A stretch of DNA of 64,000 nt from an uncultured Candidatus Rokubacteria bacterium (lineage in GTDB: Bacteria > Methylomirabilota > Methylomirabilia > Rokubacteriales > CSP1-6), in contig CAVYTA010000006.1 of the NCBI GenBank assembly GCA_963771355.1, forward strand, positions 2,496,001 through 2,560,000, given 5' to 3'. A program made the translations under genes and the position numbers. Of this stretch, positions 28,730 to 40,021 are shown in pieces. Every line of letters begins with the position of its first letter. Within the stretch, counting starts at the first letter, position 1. The notes beneath the pieces were generated by a model that worked only from the letters and a program-made list of their open reading frames with translations, was not told the origin of the DNA and did not search any database.

Positions 28730-29667
28730 CGCCGCCCCTCGCCCGCCGCCCTTTCCGCCGCCATCACTTCGTGTGCGTAGGCGGTGTTGACCAGGGCGCC
28801 GTACGGATGCGCGCGCTGGATGAAGCGCCCCGCGAGGAGGATCTCCTGAAGGTAGGCATAGCCGCCGCGCCGTAGCAGCGGATCTCGGGACCAGGTGTGC
28901 TGGCGCATGAAGCGCGCGGCCGCCCGACCGAGCAGGCCCGTCTCGACCGTCGGGAAGGCCGGCGCCACCACCCGCGCGACGTCGGCCGCCTCGCTTCCGG
29001 CCAGCCAGCGCTGGGTGCGGTACACGGCCCGGACGAAGCGGCGGACGAGCTCGGGCTCGCGCGCCAGGAGCTCCGGCGTGGCCATGTAGGAGGTGAAGGG
29101 CACGGGGCCGGTGGCCTCGCCCATGGACACCGCCACGTGGGCCACACCATCGGCCACCAGCTCCTCCACCGCGGGCTGGGTGGTCTCGAGGAAGTCGCCC
29201 TCGCCGGCGCGGAAGGCGGCGATCGCGTCGGCCAGGGGCCGGTCGCGCTCGATGCGCACGCGGGCGGGATCGACGGCGGCGCGCCGCAGGACGGTCAGCA
29301 GGCACTGCCACGGCGTGGGCGCCTCCGCGAACCCGATCACCGTCTTGCCGATGAGATCCCGGAACGTGAAGCGTGGCATCGGCCGGCGGGCCAGGAGGAA
29401 GAAGCCGCTCCGGCTGCACACCTCCGCGAAGTGCGTGACCACCTGGCCGGTGCGATCGGCCAGCTCGAAGCTTCGCATGAGCCCGCCCAGGCAGATCTCG
29501 ATCTCCCCATCGAGCAGCGCCTGCATGGTCCCGCGCGGATAGGCCGCCGCGGGCGCCACGGTCACGTCGAGGCCCTCCTCCGCGAAGTGCCCGAGCGCGA
29601 CGCCGGCGACGAGCGGCGCGTAGAAGGGGGTGGGGAAGGGCATCGGCACGGTGACGGCGCGGGCCAT
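28726..29667 (-). CDS. NMT1/THI5-like substrate-binding-fold protein
   Basis: FYAPLVAG..LGHFAEEGLDV; no signal peptide seen. Confidence 0.8.
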   Translation of the reverse strand: MARAVTVPMPFPTPFYAPLVAGVALGHFAEEGLDVTVAPAAAYPRGTMQALLDGEIEICLGGLMRSFELADRTGQVVTHFAEVCSRSGFFLLARRPMPRFTFRDLIGKTVIGFAEAPTPWQCLLTVLRRAAVDPARVRIERDRPLADAIAAFRAGEGDFLETTQPAVEELVADGVAHVAVSMGEATGPVPFTSYMATPELLAREPELVRRFVRAVYRTQRWLAGSEAADVARVVAPAFPTVETGLLGRAAARFMRQHTWSRDPLLRRGGYAYLQEILLAGRFIQRAHPYGALVNTAYAHEVMAAERAAGEGRR

Positions 29668-29675
29668 GGACGCTC

Positions 29676-30528
29676 CTACTGCACGCGGAGGCGCGGGTCG
29701 AGGAGGTCGCGCAGGCCGTCGCCCAGAAGATTCAGGCTGAGCCCGGCGAGGGTGAGGGCGACGCCGGGGCAGAGGCTCACCCAGAAGGCCTCGCGGATGA
29801 CGTTCTTCCCGCTGGCGATGACATTCCCCCAGGACGGGACGTAGGGCGGCACGCCCACCCCGAGAAAGCCCAGGATGGCCTCGGCGAGGATCGCGTAGGC
29901 GAAGATGAAGCTCCCCTGCACCAGCAGCGGGCCCACGCAGTTCGGCAGGATGTGGCGGAAGGCGATGGTGAGGTCGCGCCGGCCGAGCGCGCGCGCGGCC
30001 TGGATGTAGTCGAGGTCGCGGATGCCGAGCACCGTGCTGCGGATGAGAATGGCGGTGCGCGGCATGTAGACGATGGACAGCGCGAGGATGACGTTCCACA
30101 CTCCCGGGCCCCGCGCGGCCATCAGCGCGATGGCGAGAAGGATGGCGGGAAAGGCCATCATCCCGTCCATGATCCGCATCACCACCGTCTCGAGCCGCCG
30201 GTTGAAGCCGGCCACCAGGCCCACCGCCACGCCGCCCAGCGAAGTCAGGAGCATGGTGGTCACCCCCACCAGGAGCGAGACGCGGCTGCCGTGCACGATC
30301 AGGCTGTAGACGTCGCGCCCGAACTCGTCGGTGCCGAGGAAGTGCTCCGCCCCCGGCGGCCGCAGCCGGCTCCCCGGCACGAGGCGGGTGGGATTGTGGG
30401 TGGAGATGAGATCGGCCAGGAAGGCGGCCAGCACGAAGACGAGCAGGATGGAGGCCCCCGTGACGACGTTGGGATGTCGCGCCATCCGGCGCAGCGTCCC
30501 CCAGCCCGTGCGCGCGCTCGCCTGCGGC

Positions 30529-30536
<8 letters not shown>
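29676..30536 (-). CDS. peptide/nickel ABC permease (DppC-like)
   Basis: LGTDEFGRD, AARALG, HILPN, PSWG. Confidence 0.95.
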
Positions 30537-31473
<937 letters not shown>

Positions 31474-31521
31474 TGGCGAAGGGCGGGGCCGCCGCGGGGC
31501 GACCCCACCCGCATCAGCGCA

Positions 31522-33087
31522 CTACTTCTCGAGCCACACGTTGTAGAAACGGAGCCGCTCGTTGCTCTCGTCGAAGCCCTTGACGGCATTCCGCGCGGCC
31601 CTGAGCCCGAAGAGGTCGCCGTAGCGGATCACCGGGACTTTCTCGTAGAACAGACGGGTCTGCTGCTCCCACAGCGTCATGCGGCGCTTCGGGTCGGTCT
31701 CGCGCGCGAGCTCGGCGGCGATGCCCAGCATGGTCTCGTCATTGTTCCAGCCCGGCCAGGCCGGCGAGAGGTAGACGTGGTGAGTGGGGTCGTAGGCGCT
31801 GCCGATGCCGGTGGTGAAGGCGTCGTACTCCTTCGGGTTGTTCCGCCGCTTCACCAGGGTCGCCCAGTCCACCACCTGGAGATCGATGTTGAAGCCCACG
31901 TCCTCGAGCTGCTGCTTGGTGAGCAGCGCGAAGTCGTACATCCACTTGTACTCCTGGGTGGTCATGAAGCGGATCGGCTCCTTCTTGTAGCCGGCCTCCT
32001 GGAGGAGCCGCTTGGCCTTGTCCTTGTTCCGCTCGTTCCAGGGCAAGCCCTGGAGCTTGGTGTGCCAGGCGGTGATCTCGGCGGGGGAGAGGCTATTGTC
32101 CATGCGATAGAACTCGCTCTTGCCGCCCGCCACCGTCTTCATGATCGGCTCGATGTCGATGGCGGCCTGCCAGGCCTGACGGAGCTTCTGGTTCGTCATC
32201 AGGCCTTCCTTCTTGTTGAAGACCGCGACGAGCCAGTAATAGGGCTTGGCCACGATGGGCCGCGCGGCGGGATTCCGCTTGAGCCGGTCGAAGGCGTCCA
32301 GGTTGAGGTCGTCGGCGAAGTCCAGCTCGCCGGTCTCGACCTGGGCGACCCGGGTCGCGACCTCGGGCACCGGCACCCAGCGGATCTCGTCCACATAGGC
32401 GGTCTTGCCGCCGCCGTAGCCGTTCGGCTTCTCGTTGCGCGACTTGTAGTCGTCGAAGCGCACCATGCGGATGTACTGGTCGGGCTTCCACTCCGCGAGC
32501 TTGTAGGGGCCGGTGCCGATGTACTCGGTGGCCTTGACCGCGGGCTCGAACTTCTCGGCGATCTCCTTGGGATAGATGGCTCCGAAGTTGTTGGGCACCC
32601 CGAGCGAGATCAGCACGATGGCGGACTTCTCCTTCAGCCGCATGTCCACGGTGTACTTGTCGACGGCCTTGACGTCGGTGACCTGGGCGAAGAGCGCCTT
32701 GCCATAGATGGACTGCTTGCCCCACCGGACGAGCGAGGCCACCACGTCGTCGGACGTCATCTCCTTGCCGTTGTGGAACTTGATGCCCTGGCGCAGCTTG
32801 AAGGTGTAGACGAGACCGTCCTTGCTCACGGTATGGCTCTCCGCGAGCATGGGGATGGGCTTCTTGTCCTTGTCCAGGCTGTAGAGGCCCTCGTAGATGT
32901 GGTTGGTGAGGGTCTCGGTGATGCTGGCGGTGGTCCAGTGGGCGTCCAGCGCGGGCGGCTCGCCGAGATTGCCGACGCGCATGACGCCCCCCTTCACCTG
33001 GGCGAGGGCGGCGCCGGCGGCGCCGGAGACGAGGACGACGGCGGCGAGAGCGATCAAGGCTTTTCGGATCACGACCGAAGCCAGCAT
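31522..33087 (-). CDS. family 5 ABC substrate-binding protein
   Basis: YTFKLRQGIKFHNG, IGTGPY. Confidence 0.95.
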   Translation of the reverse strand: MLASVVIRKALIALAAVVLVSGAAGAALAQVKGGVMRVGNLGEPPALDAHWTTASITETLTNHIYEGLYSLDKDKKPIPMLAESHTVSKDGLVYTFKLRQGIKFHNGKEMTSDDVVASLVRWGKQSIYGKALFAQVTDVKAVDKYTVDMRLKEKSAIVLISLGVPNNFGAIYPKEIAEKFEPAVKATEYIGTGPYKLAEWKPDQYIRMVRFDDYKSRNEKPNGYGGGKTAYVDEIRWVPVPEVATRVAQVETGELDFADDLNLDAFDRLKRNPAARPIVAKPYYWLVAVFNKKEGLMTNQKLRQAWQAAIDIEPIMKTVAGGKSEFYRMDNSLSPAEITAWHTKLQGLPWNERNKDKAKRLLQEAGYKKEPIRFMTTQEYKWMYDFALLTKQQLEDVGFNIDLQVVDWATLVKRRNNPKEYDAFTTGIGSAYDPTHHVYLSPAWPGWNNDETMLGIAAELARETDPKRRMTLWEQQTRLFYEKVPVIRYGDLFGLRAARNAVKGFDESNERLRFYNVWLEK

Positions 33088-33128
33088 GCCGGGACCTCCT
33101 GCAAGGGGAAGTTGCGTCAGGTGGGTAG

Positions 33129-33158
33129 ACTTTGCTCGACGGGGGGCAGGCTTGTCAA
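33129..33158 (-). promoter_or_regulatory. sigma70-type promoter of the peptide-ABC operon
   Basis: TTGACA-N18-CAAAGT. Confidence 0.5.
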
Positions 33159-33179
33159 CGGGGCTCCCGCAGCGTCCCG

Positions 33180-34635
33180 CTAGTCGAAGCCCGGCGGGGG
33201 AACGAAGCCCTGGAACTCACGCTCGAGCTGCTGGGCCAGCGCGATGCAGCCGCGATCGCCGTACTGTGGGCCCACGATCTGCGCCCCCACCGGTAGCCCA
33301 CCCGGGGTGAAGCCCGCCGGCGCCACCGTGGACGGCAGATAGGCCATGCCGGAAAAGCCCGCCCAGAAGAGCTGATCGGTGGTGGGCACGCGCCGGCCGT
33401 TGACGGTGATGGTGCGCTCGTGCCGCTCGCCCGCCTGATCATGGGGGAACGCGGCGGAGGCGGCGGTGGGGCAGAGGAGCACGTCCCACTCGCGGAAGAA
33501 CTCCGCCCAGCGCAGACGCATCCGGTGGCGCGTCTCGTTGGCGGCGAGCCAGTCGCGATGCGGCAAGACATTGGCTCGCATCATCCGCGCGTAGTACCGC
33601 TCGTCGCCGGGCGACAGCCCGGCCGCGATGGTGCGGTTGACCTCGAACTCCGCGTCCGTCTGCCGCGCGGAGGTCGCCGCGCGCAGGAGCTGGATGTACA
33701 CGCGATTGGCCTCGCCGGTGTCCACCGCGGGGCGCGCGCGATCGCTCACCTTGGCGCGCCGGCGTCCCAGGAAGTCGGCGAGGGCCTGGAGGCGATCCTG
33801 CACGTCTCCGTCCACTCGCGCCACCGGATCGTCGAGCATCACGGCGACGCGCCAGTCGCGCAGCGCGCGGCGGCGGGGCGCGGGCAGGCGAAGCTGCCAC
33901 CCCGCGCCGTCGATCTCGTCGCCCCCCGCCATCGCGGCCAGGCCGAGGGCCAGATCGTCGGCGCTGCGCGCCATCGGTCCCACCACCGCGATGTCGGTTT
34001 CCGCGACACGGCCGGGCAGGGCCTGGCCGCGCGGCGACACGATGCCCCAGGTCGGCTTGTGTCCGTAGACGCCGCAGAAGTGCGCGGGATTGCGGATGGA
34101 GGCGCCGATGTCGCTCCCCGCCTCGAGGCCGGTGAGGCCCGCGGCCAGCGCCGCCGCGGAGCCGCCGGAGGAGCCGCCGGGGGAGCGGGTCACGTCCCAG
34201 GGATTGTTGGTGGTGCCGTAGATCGCGTTGAAGCTCTGCCAGTCGCCGAGATGCAGCGGCACGTTCGTCTTGCCGAACAGCACGACGCCGGCGGCCAGGA
34301 GCCGGCTCACCGCCAGCGCGTTCTCGCTGGGATAGTTGTCCTTGAGGTCGGCGATGCCCCAGGTGGTGGGCATGCCCACCACGTCGTAGGACTCCTTCAC
34401 CGTCATGGGCACGCCGTGCAGCGGGCCCCACACCTGCCCCTTGCGGAGCGCGGCGTCGGCGGCGCGGGCACGCTTGCGCGCGGCCTCGAGGTCGGTGACC
34501 ACGATGGCATTGAGCCGGGGGTTGTGCCGCGCCATGCGCGCGAGATAGAGGTCGAGCAGCTCGAGGCAGCCGATCTTGCGCGCGGCGAATCAAGGACGCG
34601 AGCTGTTTCGCCGACCGGAACGGGATGTCCTGCAT
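33180..34635 (-). pseudogene. amidase-signature enzyme with one extra base near 34580
   Basis: MQDIPFRSAKQLASLIRR then RKIGCLELLDLY in the next frame; GGSSGG and GSDIGASIR intact; span is 3n+1. Confidence 0.8.
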
Positions 34636-34675
34636 GCACGGCCTCCTTGGCCGCCGCGGGCGCGGGGTCCACCGG

Positions 34676-34704
34676 ACTCTAGGCGGGGCTACGGGGGCTG
34701 TCAA
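34676..34704 (-). promoter_or_regulatory. sigma70 promoter for the amidase
   Basis: TTGACA-N17-TAGAGT. Confidence 0.7.
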
Positions 34705-34739
34705 GGCCGGCGCCCGCAAGACGTGTATGATGCCGGGCG

Positions 34740-35807
34740 ATGGGCGCAGCCACCGTCACGCGCGCGCGGAGCCTCGCCACGGCGGCGCTCACGCTCGTCC
34801 TCGTCGGCGCGCCGGCTCTTTCGCTCGTGTCTCCCGCGCCCGCGGAAGCGGTGGAGGCGACCTGGGACATCCGCCTGCTTTCCGTCGACGACCGCCGCCG
34901 CCTCCTGGCGGGGGAGACGGTCCCCTTCCCCGTGACCGAGCGCACCGACCGGGATCTGGCCGGCGGCGTGATGCTCTTCGTGGCCGCGCCCTTCGCCCGT
35001 GTGGCCGAGTACCTCGCGGAGAGCGAGCTCGCGGTGCGCGAGCCCGGCATCCTGGGGTGGGGCGCGCTCCCCGAGCGCGCGGGGCCGGACGCGCTGGCGC
35101 GGCTGCGGCTCGGCCCCGCGGAATCCGACGAGCTCCTGGACGCGCGCCCGGGCTCGGTGTGGAATCTCTCCGGCGCGGAGATGGATGGGCTGCGCGCGCT
35201 TCGGCCTCGCCTCGGGCAGGCCGCGAAGGCGGCGCAGGTGGAGGCGGCGAGCGTCCAGTACCGCGCGCTGCTGCTCCAGCGGGCCCAGGCCTTCCGGGCG
35301 CGCGGGCTCGGCGGCATCGAGCCCTACGCGCGGCGCGGCGGAACCGCCGCCGATCCGGGCGGCGAGCTCCGTCTGGCCGCGGAGGACGCGCGGCCGCTCG
35401 TCGCCTCGGCGCCCGCCCTCCCCGAAGCGCTGCTGAACTTCCCCGCCCTCCAGCATGCCGAGCGGGTCAGCCAGATCTACTGGGTCGAGCGGCGCCTGCA
35501 GGGCCGCGTCACGCCCATCCTGGTCCATCAGATGGTGGAGGTCCGGCCGGAGCTGGCGCTGCACGTGGAGCGGCACTTCTTCGTCGCTCACGCCTATAAC
35601 TCGAGCCAGACCCTGACCGGAGCCTTCCCGTGGGGCACGGGCACCCTGCTGTTCACGGTGGCCCGGGTGTCCACCGATCTCGTGTCCGGGCTCGGCGGCG
35701 ACATGAAGCGCGCCATCGGCCGCCGCCAGCTCCGCGGCGATCTCGGCGGACGCCTGGAGCGCCTCCGCGGCGCGGTGGTGAAGGCCCAGCCGCCCCAGAG
35801 CCCCTAG
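34740..35807 (+). CDS. exported hypothetical protein
   Basis: Signal peptide ending AEA; codon usage fits neighbours; no motif recognised. Confidence 0.7.
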   Translation: MGAATVTRARSLATAALTLVLVGAPALSLVSPAPAEAVEATWDIRLLSVDDRRRLLAGETVPFPVTERTDRDLAGGVMLFVAAPFARVAEYLAESELAVREPGILGWGALPERAGPDALARLRLGPAESDELLDARPGSVWNLSGAEMDGLRALRPRLGQAAKAAQVEAASVQYRALLLQRAQAFRARGLGGIEPYARRGGTAADPGGELRLAAEDARPLVASAPALPEALLNFPALQHAERVSQIYWVERRLQGRVTPILVHQMVEVRPELALHVERHFFVAHAYNSSQTLTGAFPWGTGTLLFTVARVSTDLVSGLGGDMKRAIGRRQLRGDLGGRLERLRGAVVKAQPPQSP

Positions 35808-36302
35808 TGGTGTGAGGGGCCATCGGCGGCATTCACGCCGTGGGTGGCGCCCAGCGACTTGGCGTCTCGAGCTTGGCGGCGGAGACGTCCACCGCGATGA
35901 TCATGCGGGCGCCGGCGATCACCGCCCCTGGATGGCGGCGAGCCCGACGCCCCCGGCGCCGTAGACGGCCACCGTGGTGCCGGCCTCGACGCGCGCGGTG
36001 TTGAGCACCGCGCCCACCCCGGTCGTCACCCCGCACCCGATCAGCGCCCCGCGGTCGAGCGGCATGTCGTCGCGCACCTTCACCAGGCCGCTGTCGTGCA
36101 CGAGCATCTGCTCGGCATAGCTCGACAGGTTGGCGAACTGGTTGACGGGCGCGCCCTTCCACGAGAGCTTCGGCGGCTCGGTGGTCGCGCGCACGGGCCG
36201 GCTCTGGCACAGGTGGGTGCGCCCGGTCAGGCAGTACTCGCAGTGCCCGCAGAAGACCGACAGGCAGGCGATGACGTGATCGCCGGGCTTGAACTCGTCC
36301 AC
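35805..36302 (-). pseudogene. internal fragment of a Zn-dependent alcohol dehydrogenase
   Basis: GDHV..CGHCEYC, CGVTTGVGA, GAGGVG; GHE N-terminus and C-terminus missing; two frameshifts. Confidence 0.85.
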
Positions 36303-36352
36303 GTGGGGGCACCGCCAGGTCGTCGTACCATCCGCGCATACGGGAGGCGCCC

Positions 36353-37873
36353 ATGAGACTGCCGCTCGCCGTCGTGTCGCTGCTCGTTGCTCTGGCCGGA
36401 CCCGCCGCGGCGGCGCCCGAGGGGACCCTCACCTGGGGGCTCCACGTCACGCTGGCCTCCAAGTGGCTCGACCCCGGCGACACCGAGGCGTTCATCAACC
36501 CGTTCATGGTGCTCTACGCCGTCCACGACGCGCTGGTGAAGCCGATGCCGGGCGGCGACAACACGCCGAGCCTGGCCGAGTCGTGGACGGTCTCCAGGGA
36601 CGGGCTGACCTACGAGTTCCTCCTCCGCAAGGGGGTGAAGTTCCACAACGGCGACCCCGTGACGGCCGACGACGTGAAGTTCTCCTTCGACCGCTACCGC
36701 GGCGCCGCCGCCAAGCTGCTCAAGGACCGCGTGCGCGAGGTGCAGATCGTCGACCCCGGCCGCGTGCGTTTTCTCTTGAAGGAGCCGTGGCCGGACTTCA
36801 TGACCTTCTACGGCACGTCCGCCACCGGGGCGGCGTGGATCGTGCCCAAGCGCTATGTCGAGAAGGTGGGCGACGACGGGTTCTTGAAGGCGCCGATCGG
36901 CGCCGGGCCCTATCGCGTGGTGAGCTTCAATCCCGGCGTGGATCTCGTCATGGAAGCCTTCGAGGGTTACTGGCGCAAGGTCCCCTCGGTCAAGCGGCTG
37001 GTCTTTCGCAGCATGTCGGACGAGACCACGCGCGCCGCCGCGCTCAAGGCGGGCGACGTGGACATCGTCTATCTGCTCAGCGGTCCGACCGCGGAGGAGA
37101 TCAAGCGGACGCCCGGGTTCAAGCTGGTGGCGGCGCGGCCGCCCGGCGTTCCCTACCTCGACCTGCCCGAGCAGTGGGATCCGAAGTCGCCGTGGCACGA
37201 CCGGCGCGTGCGCCTGGCCGCCAGCCATGCCCTCGATCGCCACGCGCTCAACCAAGCCGAAACGCTGGGGCTCTCACGTCCGACGGGGGGCCTCATCCCG
37301 CGCGTCCTGGACTTCGCTAAGGTGTACGAGCCGCCGGCCTACGATCCGGCCCGGGCCCGGAGGCTGCTGGCCGAGGCGGGATACCCGAACGGCTTCGACG
37401 CGGGCGACCTGACCCCGTTCCCGCCGTTCTTCGGTCTGGCCGAAGGCCTGGTGAACTATCTGCAGCAGGTGGGCATCCGCACGCGCATGCGCTCGATGGA
37501 GCGTGCCGCGTTCCTGAGCGCGTGGCGGGAAAAGAAGCTCAAGGGTGTGATCATGGGTCTCGGCGCCCCCGCCGGCAACGCGGCCACGCGCATCGAGGTC
37601 TACGTCACCAAGAGTGGCATCTACTCGTCGGGGGTGGTGCCCGAGATCGAGGACCTCTTCCAGCGCCAGGCCCGCGAGCTCGACCGCAAGAAGCGCGAGG
37701 CCCTGCTCCACCAGATCCAGGACATCATGGTCGACCGCGTGATGCACGTGCCGATCTACGAGCTCGCGTTCCTGTGGGGGGTCGGGCCGCGGGTGGAGGA
37801 AGCCGCCGTCGATCACATCAAGGGATTTTCCTACTCCGCCCCCTACGAGGACCTGAAGCTGAAGGGGCGCTGA
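36353..37873 (+). CDS. family 5 ABC substrate-binding protein (orphan)
   Basis: GGAGG RBS; LRKGVKFHNGDP, PIGAGPY, LLAEAGY. Confidence 0.95.
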   Translation: MRLPLAVVSLLVALAGPAAAAPEGTLTWGLHVTLASKWLDPGDTEAFINPFMVLYAVHDALVKPMPGGDNTPSLAESWTVSRDGLTYEFLLRKGVKFHNGDPVTADDVKFSFDRYRGAAAKLLKDRVREVQIVDPGRVRFLLKEPWPDFMTFYGTSATGAAWIVPKRYVEKVGDDGFLKAPIGAGPYRVVSFNPGVDLVMEAFEGYWRKVPSVKRLVFRSMSDETTRAAALKAGDVDIVYLLSGPTAEEIKRTPGFKLVAARPPGVPYLDLPEQWDPKSPWHDRRVRLAASHALDRHALNQAETLGLSRPTGGLIPRVLDFAKVYEPPAYDPARARRLLAEAGYPNGFDAGDLTPFPPFFGLAEGLVNYLQQVGIRTRMRSMERAAFLSAWREKKLKGVIMGLGAPAGNAATRIEVYVTKSGIYSSGVVPEIEDLFQRQARELDRKKREALLHQIQDIMVDRVMHVPIYELAFLWGVGPRVEEAAVDHIKGFSYSAPYEDLKLKGR

Positions 37874-37888
37874 GCGGACGGAGCGGCG

Positions 37889-38926
37889 CTAGACGGGAAT
37901 GGCGACGCGGGCGAGGACGGCGGGCTCGGCCAGCAGGCGGCCGGCCCCGCGGACGACGCAGGTGAGCGGATCGTCGCTCACCGAGATGGGCAGGTCGGTC
38001 TGGCGATGCAGGAGCTCGGCGAGGCCGGGCAGGAGCGAGCCCCCGCCGGTGAGCTTGATCCCGTTGTCCACGATGTCGGCGGCCAGCTCGGGCGGCGTGC
38101 GCTCGAGACAGCCGTGCATGGCCTCGATGATGGCCTCGATGGGCTCGCGCAGGGCCTCCCGCACCTCGGCCCCACTCACATAGACGGTGCGCGGCAGCCC
38201 CGCGGTGAGGTCGCGCCCCTTCACCGCGAGGGTCTCGGTGTCGCGCCCGCTCGGGTACGCGGAGCCGATGGCGAGCTTGATCTCCTCCGCGCGCCGCTCC
38301 CCGATGAGGAGCCCGTGGGCCTTGCGCACGTGCTGGGTGATGGCGTCGTTCATGTCGTCGCCCGCGATGCGCAGCGAGGAGGAGAAGACGATGCCGGACA
38401 GCGAGATCACCGCGACCTCGGTGGTGCCGCCCCCGATGTCCACGATCATGCTGGCGCCCGGCTCCGAGATGGGCAGCCCCGCGCCGAGGGCGGCGGCGGT
38501 GGGCTCGGCGATGAGGAACACGCGCCCCGCGCCGGCGTGGCCGGCGGACTCCACCACCGCGCGGCGCTCCACCTGGGTGATGCCGGACGGCACGCAGATG
38601 ACCACGCGCGGATGCACGGGGCTTCGCCGCGGCTGCGCGCGGCGGATGAAGTGGTACAGCATCTTTTCCGTCGTGTCGTAATCCGCGATCACCCCGTGGC
38701 GCAGCGGGCGCACCACCTCGATGGTGCCCGGCGCACGGCCCAGCATGGCCTTGGCCTGGGCGCCCACTGCCAGCACCGATCGGTCGCTGGTGTTCAGCGC
38801 CACGATGGACGGCTCGTTGAGCACGATCCCCTGGCCGGGGGCATACACCAAGGTATTGGCGGTGCCCAAGTCCACGGCGAGATCGTTCGGGAAGAGACGG
38901 CTCAGCGTACGGGCGAAGAACGACAT
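37889..38926 (-). CDS. mreB: MreB/Mbl actin-like protein
   Basis: DLGTANT, EPS, RPLRHGVIAD, DIGGGTTE, LTGGGSLL. Confidence 0.92.
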   Translation of the reverse strand: MSFFARTLSRLFPNDLAVDLGTANTLVYAPGQGIVLNEPSIVALNTSDRSVLAVGAQAKAMLGRAPGTIEVVRPLRHGVIADYDTTEKMLYHFIRRAQPRRSPVHPRVVICVPSGITQVERRAVVESAGHAGAGRVFLIAEPTAAALGAGLPISEPGASMIVDIGGGTTEVAVISLSGIVFSSSLRIAGDDMNDAITQHVRKAHGLLIGERRAEEIKLAIGSAYPSGRDTETLAVKGRDLTAGLPRTVYVSGAEVREALREPIEAIIEAMHGCLERTPPELAADIVDNGIKLTGGGSLLPGLAELLHRQTDLPISVSDDPLTCVVRGAGRLLAEPAVLARVAIPV

Positions 38927-39133
38927 CGTATCCCGGAGACGCAACGGGTGTGCCACCGCGGGGGCGAGGAGGATCCGCCCACCCTGCGCCGCATATATGG
39001 GTGGTTGTTGGGCATCTCGGGAACCGAGCGCCGCGCCTGACGGCGCGCCCGCGTCACGAGCGCAACACTTACACGGAATTCATGTAGGGATTACACGGGC
39101 CCGCCCGGTCTGCGCTTGAACTAGACTGTGGCC

Positions 39134-40021
39134 GTGGACACCGTCACTCTCGGCACCGCGACCCCCGGCGGCGGCTTCCCCGTCTACGGACAGGCATTCG
39201 CGGAGACGATCGGGGAGACGGATCCAGCCCTCACGGTACGCACCCAGCACACCAAGGGGAGCACGGAGAACGTGCCCCTGCTCGAGGCGGGCCGGCTCGA
39301 CCTCGCCCTGGTCCAAGGCGAAGTCGCCCACGAGGCCCTCTCGGGCATCGGGCGGCCGCCCGCCGATCTCCGGATCCTCGCCGCGATGTACTCGACCCCC
39401 GGCATGTTCGTGGCGCGCGCCGATTCCGAGTACCGCGTCATCGCGGATCTGACCGGGCGCCATGTGGCGTTCGGCGCCCGCGGCTCCGGGCTCGTGATCC
39501 TCGCGCGCTATGTGCTCGACGGGCTCGGACTCGATCAGGCGCGCGACTTCCACCCCGTCTTCCTCGACGCCGCCGGGGATGGCCCCGCCATGGTGCTGGA
39601 CGGACGCGTGGCCGCGCTCTGGGGTGGCGGCATCGGCTGGCCCGGCTTCACCGCGGTGGCGCGCGGCCCCGCCGGGGCGCGCTTCATCGTGCCCGACGCC
39701 GACGGCATCCGCCGCATCCTGGCCAAGCACGCCTTCCTCAAGCCGATGACGGTGCCGGCCGGCTCTTATCCGGGGCAGAGCGGGGCCATCGCCTCGGTGG
39801 GCTCGTGGAGCTTCGTCATGGCGCGCCCCACCCTGGACGAGGCGCTGGCCTATCGCCTGGCGCGCGCGCTGCACCGCGGGGAAGCCGCCCTCGGCGCGCG
39901 CCTGGCCCAGGCCCGCGAGACCACCGCCGCCAATACCGTGGCCGCCGCGCCCCGAGTCGAGCTCATCCACCCCGGCGCGCGGCGCTACCTCCGCGAGATC
40001 GGGCTCCTGCGCGCGGAGTGA
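39134..40021 (+). CDS. TAXI-family TRAP solute-binding protein, no signal peptide
   Basis: LGTATPGGGFPVYG, TKGSTEN, IHPGARRY; start at 39128 or 39134. Confidence 0.85.
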   Translation: MDTVTLGTATPGGGFPVYGQAFAETIGETDPALTVRTQHTKGSTENVPLLEAGRLDLALVQGEVAHEALSGIGRPPADLRILAAMYSTPGMFVARADSEYRVIADLTGRHVAFGARGSGLVILARYVLDGLGLDQARDFHPVFLDAAGDGPAMVLDGRVAALWGGGIGWPGFTAVARGPAGARFIVPDADGIRRILAKHAFLKPMTVPAGSYPGQSGAIASVGSWSFVMARPTLDEALAYRLARALHRGEAALGARLAQARETTAANTVAAAPRVELIHPGARRYLREIGLLRAE

